Positions 51,645 through 61,580 of a DNA stretch of 64,000 bases are shown one piece after another. Under the pieces are notes generated by a model. It had not been told where the DNA came from, made no database searches, and worked only from the letters and a program-made list of their open reading frames with translations. Each line of letters opens with the position of its first letter. Position 1 is the stretch's first letter. This stretch comes from Acidobacteriota bacterium (lineage in GTDB: Bacteria > Acidobacteriota > UBA6911 > RPQK01 > JAJDTT01). The stretch covers positions 5,600,001 to 5,664,000 of the forward strand of contig CBDCJH010000002.1 in assembly GCA_965217775.1 (NCBI GenBank), written 5' to 3'. Both the position numbers and the translations under genes were made by a program.

Positions 51645-51701
51645 GGAGCGGCGACTTTCTTGTCGCCGACAGGGGGGCAGGGGGGACGGAGTCCCCACTC
51701 C
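51645..51701. repeat. Inverted dimer of GGAG REPs
   Basis: GGAG CGGCGAC TTTCTT GTCGCCG (+) and GGAG T GGGGAC TCC GTCCCC (-). Confidence 0.75.
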
Positions 51702-51727
51702 GAGTCCTCCACATCACTGAGGCAAAT

Positions 51728-52888
51728 ATGAACAGACGCCATTTCATCACATCCACGGCCGGAGTCTGGGCGGCAGCCCATCTCACCGGCAACACGGCCA
51801 ATCTCTATTCGGGCAACAAAAAGTACCGTGCCGCCGTGATCGGTCACACCGGCGTGGGCGGCTACGGGCACGGTTGGGACACCGCCTTCAATCCGTTCGA
51901 CACCATCGACGTAGTGGCCGTCGCCGACCCGGACGACACCGGCCGAAAAGAAGTCATGAGCCACACGGGAGCAAAGCAGGGCTATCGGGACTATCGCGAA
52001 ATGCTCCGCAAGGAGAATCCGGATCTGGTGGCGATCTGTCCCCACGCGCTGGACCATCGCCTGGAGATGGTCACGGCCGTTGCGGAGTCAGGCGCCCATA
52101 TCCTGATGGAGAAACCGTTCGCACGCGATCTGCTGGAAGCGGACGCCATGGTGAAGGCCATCCGGAAGAGCGGCGTGAAGGTGCAGGTCGGTCTGGTCAC
52201 GGCGACGCTGCCCATGACCCGGCGCGTCCTTCAGATGGTCCGGCAAGGCGAGATCGGCGTGCTTCAGGAGATACGGGCCCGCGGCAAGGAAGACCGGCGT
52301 GCAGGCGGAGAGGATCTGATCGTGCTGGGGTGCCACCTGATGCATCTGTTGAGGATGTTTGCCGGTAATCCGAAATGGGTGTTCGCCCACGTGACGGACC
52401 ACGAGTCCGAGATGGAACGAAGCCACATCCGCGAGAAGCAGGGACCGGGAAGCATGGGATCGCTGGCGGGAGACCAGATCGCGGCCATGTTCTATCTGGG
52501 CCAGGGCGTCCACGCCTACTTCGGATCCAAGGTAAACGACGTCAAGACGGGACGGCGCTTTGGAATCTACCTCTATGGCAGCAAAGGAGTGATCTACCTG
52601 CCGACCGTTGCGGGCGCGGCGATACTTCGATCCCCCGATTGGCACAATGGAGCTTGGGAGCCCATCGAACTCACTGCGGAAGAGAAGGCTGGATCCGACC
52701 AGTTGGCTACCCTCATGGTCGCCGATCTGCTTCAGGCCATCGAGGAGGATCGTGAACCGGCCGTCAACGAGATGGACGGCCGCTGGACAACCGAGATGAT
52801 CTCATCCGTCTATCAATCCCAGTTGACGGGCGCGCGGGTGACGTTTCCGCTCAAGGATCGAAGGCATCCGCTAGAGAGAGGAGCGTGA
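51728..52888 (+). CDS. Tat-exported Gfo/Idh/MocA oxidoreductase
   Basis: MNRRHF signal, IGHTGVGGYGHG, MEKP. Confidence 0.9.
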   Translation: MNRRHFITSTAGVWAAAHLTGNTANLYSGNKKYRAAVIGHTGVGGYGHGWDTAFNPFDTIDVVAVADPDDTGRKEVMSHTGAKQGYRDYREMLRKENPDLVAICPHALDHRLEMVTAVAESGAHILMEKPFARDLLEADAMVKAIRKSGVKVQVGLVTATLPMTRRVLQMVRQGEIGVLQEIRARGKEDRRAGGEDLIVLGCHLMHLLRMFAGNPKWVFAHVTDHESEMERSHIREKQGPGSMGSLAGDQIAAMFYLGQGVHAYFGSKVNDVKTGRRFGIYLYGSKGVIYLPTVAGAAILRSPDWHNGAWEPIELTAEEKAGSDQLATLMVADLLQAIEEDREPAVNEMDGRWTTEMISSVYQSQLTGARVTFPLKDRRHPLERGA

Positions 52889-52949
52889 TGGGACCCGACG
52901 GCGACACCCTGGCCGCCGGCCGCTCCCGAATCTGGTTTCTCGTCGTTTC

Positions 52950-54332
52950 CTAGAACTTCTCCGGAATCACATAGGGCGAACGATAGTTGCGGGTCAGCAT
53001 GGCGTTGGCTTCTTCGTCGCCGATGTAGCGTTCCGTTACGGGGTCGAAATCCAGAGTGCGGCCGAGCCGGTACGAGGTATTGGCCATGTGAATCAGGGCA
53101 CAACTGCGATGCCCTTCGACAATGTCCCCTTCCATGATGGAGCGGTCATTGGCGCGGATGGCCTCCACGAAGTTGCGGAACATGTTGCCGCCGCCGCTGC
53201 CCGAAGGACCCGGTTCCCGTCCCTTACCCATGTACGTCCGCCAGTTCCCGCCTCCGTCGATCACCATGTATCCCTTGGAGCCGTAGAAGAGGTTGCCGAT
53301 GTTGTTGCCGGCCCCTTTCCCCAGTCCGCCTTCGTGATTGGTGGCCCAGTGGCGGACCTCGAACTGCATGATCTTCTTCTTGTCGCCGCCCCCCTGTTCG
53401 CTGGGGAACTCGAAGAGAGCCATCTGCGTATTGGGGGTCTCCTGATCGTCGTCGAACATGAAGTGGCCGCCCATGGAAGAGATCTTGGTGGGCAGGGTGA
53501 CGCCGAGGCCCCAGCGGGCGATATCCACCTGGTGGGCGCCCTGGTTGCCGATGTCACCGTTGCCGTAATCCCAGTGCCAGTGCCAGTTGTAGTGGAAACG
53601 GTTCCGGGTGAATTCGCGCTTGGGCGCGGGCCCTAGCCAGAGATCGTAGTGGACGCCGTCGGGAACCGGCTCGGGTCCCTTGCGTTTGATGGTGTTGCGC
53701 CACTTGTAGCACATCCCTTTCGCCAGGTAGACCTCGCCGAGTCCGCCCTCGTGCAGGAACTTCATGGCGGCTTTGTAGCCTTCGAAGGTCCGGCGCTCCG
53801 CGTGGTGCTGGATCAGGCGGTCGTATCTCTTGGCCGCCTTGATAAGCTGCTGCCCTTCGAAATAGTTGTGGGTGCCCGGTTTTTCCAGGGTGGCGTGCTT
53901 TCCGGCCTGAGCCGCCCAGAATCCGGCCAGGGCGTGCCAGTGGTTCGGTGTCGCCACGCTGATGGCGTCGATGGTGGGATCGTCCAGCACGCGGCGCAGG
54001 TCGTAATAGGTCTTGGGCCGCGGCAGGCCCATTTCATCCATTTCTTTGACCCGCTTGGCGCTGATGCTCTCGTCCACGTCGCAGAGGGCCGCCACCTCGA
54101 CGTTTTCGAGTCCCGCGTAGCCTTGGACGTGACCCCATCCCATCCCGCGGAGACCCACGACGGCGACTCGAACCCGGTCGTTGGCGTCCTTCACCTTGGC
54201 ATAGCTCGCCGCGTTGAAACCCATGGACAATCCGGCGCCGACCGTTCCGGCCGCCACCGATCTCATGAAGGTCCGGCGCGATTCCGTGGTGTCCTGGCCG
54301 GATTGGACATGATTGCTGTTTTTCGTCGTCAT
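52950..54332 (-). CDS. Tat-exported Gfo/Idh/MocA oxidoreductase
   Basis: SRRTFM signal, TPNHWH, LEKP, YDLWLGPAP, NQGAHQVD motifs. Confidence 0.92.
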   Translation of the reverse strand: MTTKNSNHVQSGQDTTESRRTFMRSVAAGTVGAGLSMGFNAASYAKVKDANDRVRVAVVGLRGMGWGHVQGYAGLENVEVAALCDVDESISAKRVKEMDEMGLPRPKTYYDLRRVLDDPTIDAISVATPNHWHALAGFWAAQAGKHATLEKPGTHNYFEGQQLIKAAKRYDRLIQHHAERRTFEGYKAAMKFLHEGGLGEVYLAKGMCYKWRNTIKRKGPEPVPDGVHYDLWLGPAPKREFTRNRFHYNWHWHWDYGNGDIGNQGAHQVDIARWGLGVTLPTKISSMGGHFMFDDDQETPNTQMALFEFPSEQGGGDKKKIMQFEVRHWATNHEGGLGKGAGNNIGNLFYGSKGYMVIDGGGNWRTYMGKGREPGPSGSGGGNMFRNFVEAIRANDRSIMEGDIVEGHRSCALIHMANTSYRLGRTLDFDPVTERYIGDEEANAMLTRNYRSPYVIPEKF

Positions 54333-54382
54333 AGGTTCTTCCTCGTTGTTCGGACCCGTAAACACACCATTTGTCGGCGCGG

Positions 54383-55789
54383 TCACCGCGCCGGTTTCAT
54401 ATCGGTTTCCCATTGTCCCAGGAGTCCCTTCAATCTCTCTGCGTCATCCGATCGGGATTGAAGCAGGTCGTTCTCCTCGTGGATGTCGGTGGACAGATTG
54501 TACATCCATTCCTCCGTCCGCTCACCCTCGTTCAGGCGGACGTACTTGAGATCGCTGTCGCGCACGGCTGCCCAGGTCCTCTCTCCGCGCCGGCCGCGCC
54601 AGAACAGGGTGCGGTCGAAATCTTCGCGGCCCTCCGCCACGTGACCGATGATGTCGTAGCCGTCCAGCCGTTCGGCCGGCACGCCGGCGCCGGCCAACTT
54701 GAGGAACGATCGAGTCAGGTCGAAGGTCGCCGAGACCTGTTCGCTCTTGGTCTCCGCATCGATGCGACCGGGCCAGCGAATGATGAGGGGGACGCGGATG
54801 CCCCCTTCCAGGGTCGTCCCCTTGGCGCCCCGCAAGGGAGCCATGTTGGCCGCCCCCTTCAGACCGCCGTTGTCCGAGACGAAGATGACGACGGTCTTTT
54901 CCCGGATCCCTGCGTCGTCGATGGCGGCCAGCAACCGGCCGACTTCCGAATCCATGTCCTCCAGCATGGCGACGTAGGTGGCCGGGTCCCTCTCCATCCA
55001 GTTCTCCTTGGTGACCACCTTGTCCTTGTCCTCAGGCCCCTGAAAAGGGAAGTGAGGGGTTTCGTGCGCCACGTACAGGAACAGGGGCCGGTCTTTGTGC
55101 CGCTGGATGAAGTCGATGGAGGCGTCGGTGATCAGGTGGGTCATGTAGCCCTCCCGATAGACCGGCATTCTTCCGTCGAAGAGGACGTGCAGGTCGCTCG
55201 TTTCCCGGTGGTTGAAGTAGTGCACGTTCCCGCCCAGGTAGCCGAAGAACTCGTCCCAGCCGTGTTCCAGCGGGTTGAAATGGGGTTCGTAACCCAGGTG
55301 CCACTTGCCGAAGGTGCCGGAGACGTAGCCGGATTCCTTCAACGCTCCCGGCATCACCGTCTGTTCCGAGGGGAGCCCCAGCTCCCGTTGTTCGGCCAAC
55401 CGGATCGCGTCGTCGTAACGGCCGACGTTGCCCGTGCCGATGGCGCACTCCAGACCGCCGGCCCGTTGCTGGTAGCGCCCGGTCAAGAGTGCCGTCCGGG
55501 TGGGAGTGCACTCCGGTCCATTGGCGTAATGCTGGGTGAAATGCGCGCCTTCTTTCGCCAAGCGGTCGATGTTGGGGGTCTTGGCCTCGGGATGACCGTA
55601 AAGTCCCAGGTCGCCGTAGCCCAGATCGTCCGCCAGGATCAGGACGATGTTCGGCTTTTCCGAAGTCTCAACGGATGTTTGTACGTCAGGGGCACTCGCG
55701 GGAGGATCGCAGGCAGCGAAACCAAGGAGCAGGAAGGCGAACGATGCAAGAAGGACGAATCTGGGGTGCTGTTTCCCTGGTCGAATCAT
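54383..55789 (-). CDS. Cys-type arylsulfatase family lipoprotein
   Basis: Lipobox FAAC, PNIVLILADD, CTPTR, GKWHLG motifs. Confidence 0.93.
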   Translation of the reverse strand: MIRPGKQHPRFVLLASFAFLLLGFAACDPPASAPDVQTSVETSEKPNIVLILADDLGYGDLGLYGHPEAKTPNIDRLAKEGAHFTQHYANGPECTPTRTALLTGRYQQRAGGLECAIGTGNVGRYDDAIRLAEQRELGLPSEQTVMPGALKESGYVSGTFGKWHLGYEPHFNPLEHGWDEFFGYLGGNVHYFNHRETSDLHVLFDGRMPVYREGYMTHLITDASIDFIQRHKDRPLFLYVAHETPHFPFQGPEDKDKVVTKENWMERDPATYVAMLEDMDSEVGRLLAAIDDAGIREKTVVIFVSDNGGLKGAANMAPLRGAKGTTLEGGIRVPLIIRWPGRIDAETKSEQVSATFDLTRSFLKLAGAGVPAERLDGYDIIGHVAEGREDFDRTLFWRGRRGERTWAAVRDSDLKYVRLNEGERTEEWMYNLSTDIHEENDLLQSRSDDAERLKGLLGQWETDMKPAR

Positions 55790-55891
55790 TGCGTCAGTCT
55801 ACAGGAATCAGGAAGGAGAGACTGTTCGTTTCGGAGGGGCGAAAATGACGTATCCTCTCCGACTGACGCACTCTCCTATGCCCGGTAGACT

Positions 55892-56920
55892 TCACGAGCG
55901 GTCCTCTTCGAATGGGTCGGCATCAACCGATTCGGGACGAGGGTCTGTGGATTCGAAGGCCACGGGCGATCTGGAGGACCGGTCCACGCTGAGCTTGAAT
56001 ATGTCGAACCGGTTGTACCCGCCCACCACGTCGTGGATCTGCTTGGGGGCCACCGTTTGGGAGAGATCGATCTCGGCGTAGAGGAGGCCTTCCTCGTCCT
56101 GCAGAATCTGGCTGACCGGGGTTCCCTCCGGACCCATGACCACCGAGATGCCTCTGGGGCTCCCGTCCAGAATGCTCCCGGCCTCCGGGGTCAATTGGCC
56201 CAGACGGTCCCGGGCCGCCGCATCCAGGAAGCCGGAGGCCACCACGTTGAAGACCTTGCCTTCGAAGGAATGGGCGCCGGCCCGAATCAGTATCGCCTGC
56301 TTGAGATCGTAGTTGCCGCCGGTGGCAGGATCGCGGGTGGGCCACAGGGGCGGGTAGGTGGATAGATGGACCTGCTCGCCCTGGGCCAGCAGGGCAAAAC
56401 GAGCCAGGGGATTGGTGTTCTCTCCGCAAATCAGCATCCCCACTCGACCCAGCCGGGTCTCGGACACCTGAAGTCCGCTGCCGTCCCCGGGCGCCCAGAC
56501 CAGTTTCTCGTAGAAGGTCGGAACCAGCTTGCGGTGGTGGCAGAGCATGTCCCCCCGGTCGCTCAAGAGCAGATTGGCGTTCCAGAGGCAACCGTCGCTG
56601 ATTGGCGAGACCTCGTTGAATCCCAGGGAGACGAAAATGCCGCTGCGGCGGGCCGCGTCTGCAACCTTGCCTATTTCCGGCCCGTCCACCCGCAGACTGC
56701 CGGCAGCGAGTTGGCAGAAAAGATCATGGTTTTCAATGGGGGCCTGCAGGGCGCACCAGAGCGGAAAGGCCGGTATGTAGGTCTCCGGGAAGACGATGAG
56801 CTGAGCCCCGTTGCGGGCGGCTTCCCCGATCAGGGCGCAGGCCTTTTCCAGCGTGGCGTCCTGGTCGAGGAACACCGGGGCCACGTGAGCGGCAGCCACC
56901 TTGTAGGCTGGAGGTTGCAT
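55892..56920 (-). CDS. Nitrilase (carbon-nitrogen hydrolase)
   Basis: Catalytic triad motifs FPE, HRKLVPT and ICGEN. Confidence 0.92.
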   Translation of the reverse strand: MQPPAYKVAAAHVAPVFLDQDATLEKACALIGEAARNGAQLIVFPETYIPAFPLWCALQAPIENHDLFCQLAAGSLRVDGPEIGKVADAARRSGIFVSLGFNEVSPISDGCLWNANLLLSDRGDMLCHHRKLVPTFYEKLVWAPGDGSGLQVSETRLGRVGMLICGENTNPLARFALLAQGEQVHLSTYPPLWPTRDPATGGNYDLKQAILIRAGAHSFEGKVFNVVASGFLDAAARDRLGQLTPEAGSILDGSPRGISVVMGPEGTPVSQILQDEEGLLYAEIDLSQTVAPKQIHDVVGGYNRFDIFKLSVDRSSRSPVAFESTDPRPESVDADPFEEDRS

Positions 56921-57096
56921 GGTGAATGGGCGTCTTTTTCCCGCTCACTCCAGCCGGGTCGCCAGCCCCTCGAGAATTGGATCCAGGAGGCGATTCAGCC
57001 GGGCAAAGCGATGGGGGTCGGACAGCATCAGGTCGGCACTTTGAATAAACGGTCTGTCAACGAGCTCGTCGGCACAGCCGTGAGCCAGGTCCTCAA

Positions 57097-57255
57097 CAGC
57101 CCGTGGCAAAAGTCGTCACGGCATTCGACCGTCCCTGCATCCCGGCGGACTGCGTTGCTATCGGCTCACATACTCCCGGTATGCTCCCTCCGAAGCGCCT
57201 TGTCCGGCGGGCGCAGGACCGGTCTCGGTGCTCGTGAGACTTTCACCACGGACTG
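57097..57255 (+). mobile_element. ~159-bp MITE, copy 1
   Basis: TIRs CAGCCCGTGGCAAAAGTC / GACTTTCACCACGGACTG, with a TCAA target duplication on both sides. Confidence 0.85.
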
Positions 57256-57287
57256 TCAAGGGCTTCCCGGGTGGTCTCAAGGTGGAA

Positions 57288-58301
57288 TCACTTATCCTCT
57301 CCATATTTTCGCAACATTTCCGCGATTCTTTTCGGGGACAGCTCACCCCGGTGGAGCAGCATTCTGTAACGCAGCCGGACCGGTGTCTCTTTGGAAATCG
57401 GGACCGGAACTCTTCCGGGGTAAACCTGGTTCTGCATGCTTCTGCCCCGGCGCAAAACCCAGCGGCGTGGCATTCCCGGGGTTTCCGGATGGCAGAGTAT
57501 GGTCAACCCGGAAACTCCGGTCTCGGCGTCGAAGGAGCCGGTCAGATCCATCCAGGGACCAGCCGTCAGCGGGGTCTCTATGGGCTCGAGCTCCCCTATT
57601 TCGCTGGTGAAACGGACGTCATCCGGCAAGCCGAGCCGGATCGTAAAGCCCCCATAGGCCTTCTTTCCCGCGGACCCGCCCAACCGGACACCGTCGACCA
57701 TGGCTTGCAACCGGATGTCGAAGTCGATGGGACGGACGTCGTCCCGGACGGCGCCGACTCGAACCTTCACCTTTTCCCGAACGATCGGTTTGGGATCGCC
57801 GTTGGATTCGCGCAGGAAATGTGATCTCCACCAGACATGGGTGGCGAGAGTCAGCCGATTCTTGTCATCGGACAGGATCTCGATGTCGCGCACATCGAAT
57901 TCGATATTCTCGGTCCGCCACGGGTTTCCCGCGGGCTTTCCGTCCACGGTGAGTTGGTGCCACCCGAGGAAGACCCCTCGGTGGTGAAGATGGTCTTCCG
58001 GAAAATCTTCCGTCAGTACATGGCCGTCCAGTCCGTACAGCGGATGAATGTAGTTGGCCCGGGGCATCTTGCCCTGATGAGACTTGGTGCGCCGCTGGTA
58101 GAAGAGGACCGGTTGGTCCCCGTCCGTGATCAAGACGCCCTCTTCGGTTTCCTTGGCATCGAGCGCGTCGAGATTGGCTCCCACAGCGGTGCCGTCAAGC
58201 GCCAGCAGAAGTGGGATCAGAGAGAGTCTGGCGAACCGATTCAAGGCAGTTGCGATCGCTCCTGAACTCCGTGGGGGTTGGTGTCGGCGTCGAGTATACA
58301 T
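57288..58301 (-). CDS. DUF6807 (PmoA-like) family protein
   Basis: YIHPLYGLDG.VLTEDFPEDHLHHRG and YGGF..R motifs; start uncertain. Confidence 0.8.
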   Translation of the reverse strand: MYTRRRHQPPRSSGAIATALNRFARLSLIPLLLALDGTAVGANLDALDAKETEEGVLITDGDQPVLFYQRRTKSHQGKMPRANYIHPLYGLDGHVLTEDFPEDHLHHRGVFLGWHQLTVDGKPAGNPWRTENIEFDVRDIEILSDDKNRLTLATHVWWRSHFLRESNGDPKPIVREKVKVRVGAVRDDVRPIDFDIRLQAMVDGVRLGGSAGKKAYGGFTIRLGLPDDVRFTSEIGELEPIETPLTAGPWMDLTGSFDAETGVSGLTILCHPETPGMPRRWVLRRGRSMQNQVYPGRVPVPISKETPVRLRYRMLLHRGELSPKRIAEMLRKYGEDK

Positions 58302-58305
58302 CGGA

Positions 58306-58400
58306 GAGGAAAGAGGAAATAGGAAATTAGGAAAGAGAGAAGAGTTCGCGCCAATCCCACTCTTTTCTCTTTGCTCTTTTCTCTTTGCTCCCTTCCTTGC
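58306..58400. repeat. Opposed purine and pyrimidine heptamer tandem repeats
   Basis: (G/T)AGGAAA x4, a short spacer, then CTCTTT(T/G) x4. Confidence 0.7.
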
Positions 58401-58416
58401 TATTCTGACCCCGGTT

Positions 58417-60705
58417 TTGAAGTCCTCCCTGGCCTTGTTCCTGCTGATTCCAGCCTTCATCCTTGGTGCCGCTTTCTGGCAATCGGGTCCAACTCGGGAA
58501 CGTTTCTACGTCGGCGGGTCGGACGCCGGCTACGTCAGCGCCGATTCCTGCCGGCCCTGTCACTCGGACGTCTACGAGACCTACCAACATACGGGGATGG
58601 GCCGCTCCTTCTACCGTATGCGGCCTGAGAAGGCGGTCGAAGACTGGACCGGGAACAACGTTTACTACCACGCGGCCTCGAAACGCTACTACACCATGGT
58701 TGAGCGGGACGGCCGTTACTTCCAGCGGCGCCACCAGCTCGGGTACGGCGGCAAGGAAGTGAACGTGGTGGAGAAGGAGATCCATTTTGTGGTGGGTTCC
58801 GGCAACCGGGTGCGAACCTATCTCCACCACGCGCCCGACGGCAAGCTCTTCGAGCTGCCGGTGAGCTGGTACAGCGAGAAGGGGTCTTTCTGGGCCATGA
58901 GTCCCGGCTACGATTCCCGTTCCCACCATGGCTTCCAGCGGAGAATCCATCACGGTTGCATGTTCTGTCACAACGCGTATCCGGAAATCGAGCCGGGAAG
59001 CGACTCCTTCGGACGGGCCTCCTTTTTCAGGGGGAAGATTCCGGAAGGCATCGACTGTCAGCGCTGCCACGGGCCTGGGCAGGACCACGTCGCCGTGGCG
59101 AAAAAGGCCGAAGCCTCGTTGGAAGCGATTCGGACCAGCATTCAAAACCCCGGAAGGATGAGTCCGGAGCGTCAGATGGAAGTCTGCATGCAGTGCCACC
59201 TGGAGACCACCAGCGCCCGGCTGCCGCCGTTCATTCACCGCTTCGAACGGGGTGTGTTCTCCTTTCGGCCGGGCGAGGAACTTTCCGATTACGTCCTCCA
59301 TTTCGACCACGCACCGGGCGCCGGGCATGACGACAAGTTCGTCATCGTCAATGCCGCCTACCGGCTGCGCCGGTCGCTCTGTTTTCAGAAGAGCGGCGGA
59401 GCAATGACCTGCGTCACCTGCCATGATCCTCATGACATCCCCCGGGGCGAGGAGGCCGCTCGCCACTACGCGGAAGTGTGCCGGAGCTGTCACGCGTCGG
59501 CGCTCGACGAGCAGATCGCGTCGAGGGAACACACTTCTTCGTCGGACTGCCTGACCTGTCACATGCCGAAGCGCCGGACCGACGACGTCATACACACGGT
59601 GATGACCGACCACTACATTCAGCGCTTCAAGCCGGAGCGGGACCTTCTGGCCCCATTGGAGGAGGAACCCTTTTACCAGCGCCCATATCGTGGTGAAGTG
59701 AAGCTCTACTATCCGAGCCAGGTCGCAGCCCGCGAAAAGGACCTCTATCTGGCCGTCGCCCAGGTGGAGGACAAGTCCAATCTGGAAGCGGGGATCGCGA
59801 ATCTGGAGAAAGCCATCAAGACCCACCAGCCGTCAGAACCCGAGTTCTACCATCGTCTGGGGGAGGCCTATTTCGAGACGGGACAGTTCTCCAAGGCGAT
59901 TCCCATGTATGAGGAGGCCCTGCGCCGCCAACCCGATCTGTGGACTACCCTTCACCGGCAGGGTCTGGCCCTGGCCAGGTCCGGGCAGCTTTCCCGAGCC
60001 GTGACTGCGCTGGAACGGGCGTCACGGAACGATCCGGAGCCGGGGGCGATTCTGAACGATTTGGCTCTCCTCCACTGGGAAGCGGGGCGGGTCGAGGAAG
60101 CGGTGAAGACCTTGAGGGACGCCATAAAGCCCGACCCGGAGCGCTCGGAGGTTCACAGCAACCTGGGAGCGCTACTGCTGGAAACGGGGTTGTTCGGCGA
60201 GGCGGAAACGGTGCTGCGCGAGGCCGTCCGTCTGGAACCGGAACTGCCGGCCGCCCACCACAACCTCGCCACCGTCCTGGTGGCGCGGGGAGACTGGTCC
60301 GAGGCCGAATATCATCTCGAGAGGGCCATCGAGAACAATCCGTCCGACGTGCAGATCTACTTGGACTACGCGGCCATCCTGGCCCAGAGGGGACTCTACG
60401 AGCGAGCTCGAACGTATTTGGACGATGCCCTCAAGCTGGATCCCAGGCGGCCGGACGCTCACAGCTTGATGGCGGAGATACTGGCGTCAGACGGCAAGAT
60501 CGAAGAGGCCGTCACCCATTTCGAGAAGGCACTTGAAATGAATCCGGTGCATCATCGGACGCACTACAGTTACGGTGCCGTCCTCGCCCTCTCGGGAGAT
60601 GTGCAACGAGCCATGACCCATCTGCGGAAAGCGTCCGAGAGTCCGGATCCCGGAATTCGCCAAGCCGCGCTGGATCTGTTGAGGGAATTGGATCGAGCCC
60701 CGTAG
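58417..60705 (+). CDS. Multiheme cytochrome c (7 CxxCH) + TPR protein
   Basis: CRPCH, CMFCH, CQRCH, CMQCH, CVTCH, CRSCH, CLTCH, then TDH.I and TPRs; TTG start inferred. Confidence 0.88.
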   Translation: MKSSLALFLLIPAFILGAAFWQSGPTRERFYVGGSDAGYVSADSCRPCHSDVYETYQHTGMGRSFYRMRPEKAVEDWTGNNVYYHAASKRYYTMVERDGRYFQRRHQLGYGGKEVNVVEKEIHFVVGSGNRVRTYLHHAPDGKLFELPVSWYSEKGSFWAMSPGYDSRSHHGFQRRIHHGCMFCHNAYPEIEPGSDSFGRASFFRGKIPEGIDCQRCHGPGQDHVAVAKKAEASLEAIRTSIQNPGRMSPERQMEVCMQCHLETTSARLPPFIHRFERGVFSFRPGEELSDYVLHFDHAPGAGHDDKFVIVNAAYRLRRSLCFQKSGGAMTCVTCHDPHDIPRGEEAARHYAEVCRSCHASALDEQIASREHTSSSDCLTCHMPKRRTDDVIHTVMTDHYIQRFKPERDLLAPLEEEPFYQRPYRGEVKLYYPSQVAAREKDLYLAVAQVEDKSNLEAGIANLEKAIKTHQPSEPEFYHRLGEAYFETGQFSKAIPMYEEALRRQPDLWTTLHRQGLALARSGQLSRAVTALERASRNDPEPGAILNDLALLHWEAGRVEEAVKTLRDAIKPDPERSEVHSNLGALLLETGLFGEAETVLREAVRLEPELPAAHHNLATVLVARGDWSEAEYHLERAIENNPSDVQIYLDYAAILAQRGLYERARTYLDDALKLDPRRPDAHSLMAEILASDGKIEEAVTHFEKALEMNPVHHRTHYSYGAVLALSGDVQRAMTHLRKASESPDPGIRQAALDLLRELDRAP

Positions 60706-60770
60706 GGGCGATAGGAGGGGGAACATTTCTGTCCCCCCTCTTCATTGTTGGCCGGGAATCGGCGGTTGGA
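60555..60770 (+). repeat. ~215-bp direct repeat, copy 1 (gene 3' end + REP)
   Basis: Matches 62358-62572 with about 10 differences. Confidence 0.92.
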
Positions 60771-60830
60771 AAGCAGGCGCTCCCAGATACCTCTTTTTCT
60801 TCCGGGATTTCGCCGGAAGCCGACCGGTGG

Positions 60831-61211
60831 TGTCAGTGGCCATTGAAAACTGCACACTTCTGGCCGTCGAAAATTGCACACATCGCGGGAGTCCTCGTGA
60901 AGGGAGCGTAGCGACCGGGGGGCTCCTGCGGTCGGACTTGGTCCCCTCGTGTGCCCGTCCTTTCCGCGCCGGAGTTCTGTGCGGTGACTGCTCGGGAGGC
61001 GGTCGGATGGATCGCTTTGGAGAGTTCGGCGTGGCGGCGCAGCCGGTAGCTATTGCCCCGGATGTTGACGATGTGGCAACCGTGTAGGACCTGGTTCAAG
61101 AGCGCCGCCGCCACTACCTCGTCCCCCAGGATCCGGATCCACTCCTCGAAGCCCTTGTTTGCGGTCAATACCTTCGAGGCCCGCTCGTAGCGTATTCGCA
61201 AGGCAGCTACG
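60831..61211 (-). pseudogene. istB: IS21-family remnant: istB C-terminus plus IS end
   Basis: RYERAS.VLTANKGFEEW..LGDEVVAAALL..VLH..HIVNIRGNSYRL; end TGTCAG with tandem TGGCC..GAAAA.TGCACAC repeats. Confidence 0.85.
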
Positions 61212-61215
61212 CTAT

Positions 61216-61373
61216 CAGTCCGTGGTGAAAGTCCCGCGAGCACCGAGACCGTTCCTGCGCCCGCCGGACAAGGCGCGATTCGGGTGCATACCGGGAGTAT
61301 GTGCCCGAATCGCAACGCCGTCCGCCGGGATGCAGGGACGGTCGAATGCCGTGATGACTTTTGCCACGGGCTG
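61216..61373 (-). mobile_element. ~158-bp MITE, copy 2
   Basis: Inverted copy of 57097-57255, with a CTAT target duplication. Confidence 0.85.
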
Positions 61374-61580
61374 CTATACCCCCTGACAATCACCCATCAA
61401 CTGCTTGACCATGCAATTGCAGAATTGTTATTTTGACTATCCTATTGGAGGAACCAGTCTCGCCAAAGCTCTTTCCGGGGGCACGCTGGTTGTGAAAGGA
61501 GGGGCCAACTCCGCATCTTTTCAAGACCCTGATTTGCTGAATGGGGTGGGTGTGGGGCTTACTGTCTCGGGAGGTTTGAG

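Noticed and set aside
60831-61388. TGTCAG...CTGACA as the two ends of a complete mini-IS21
   Set aside because: Only 6 bp match, the right side lacks the internal IS21 repeats, and there is no target duplication, so it is treated as a one-ended remnant.
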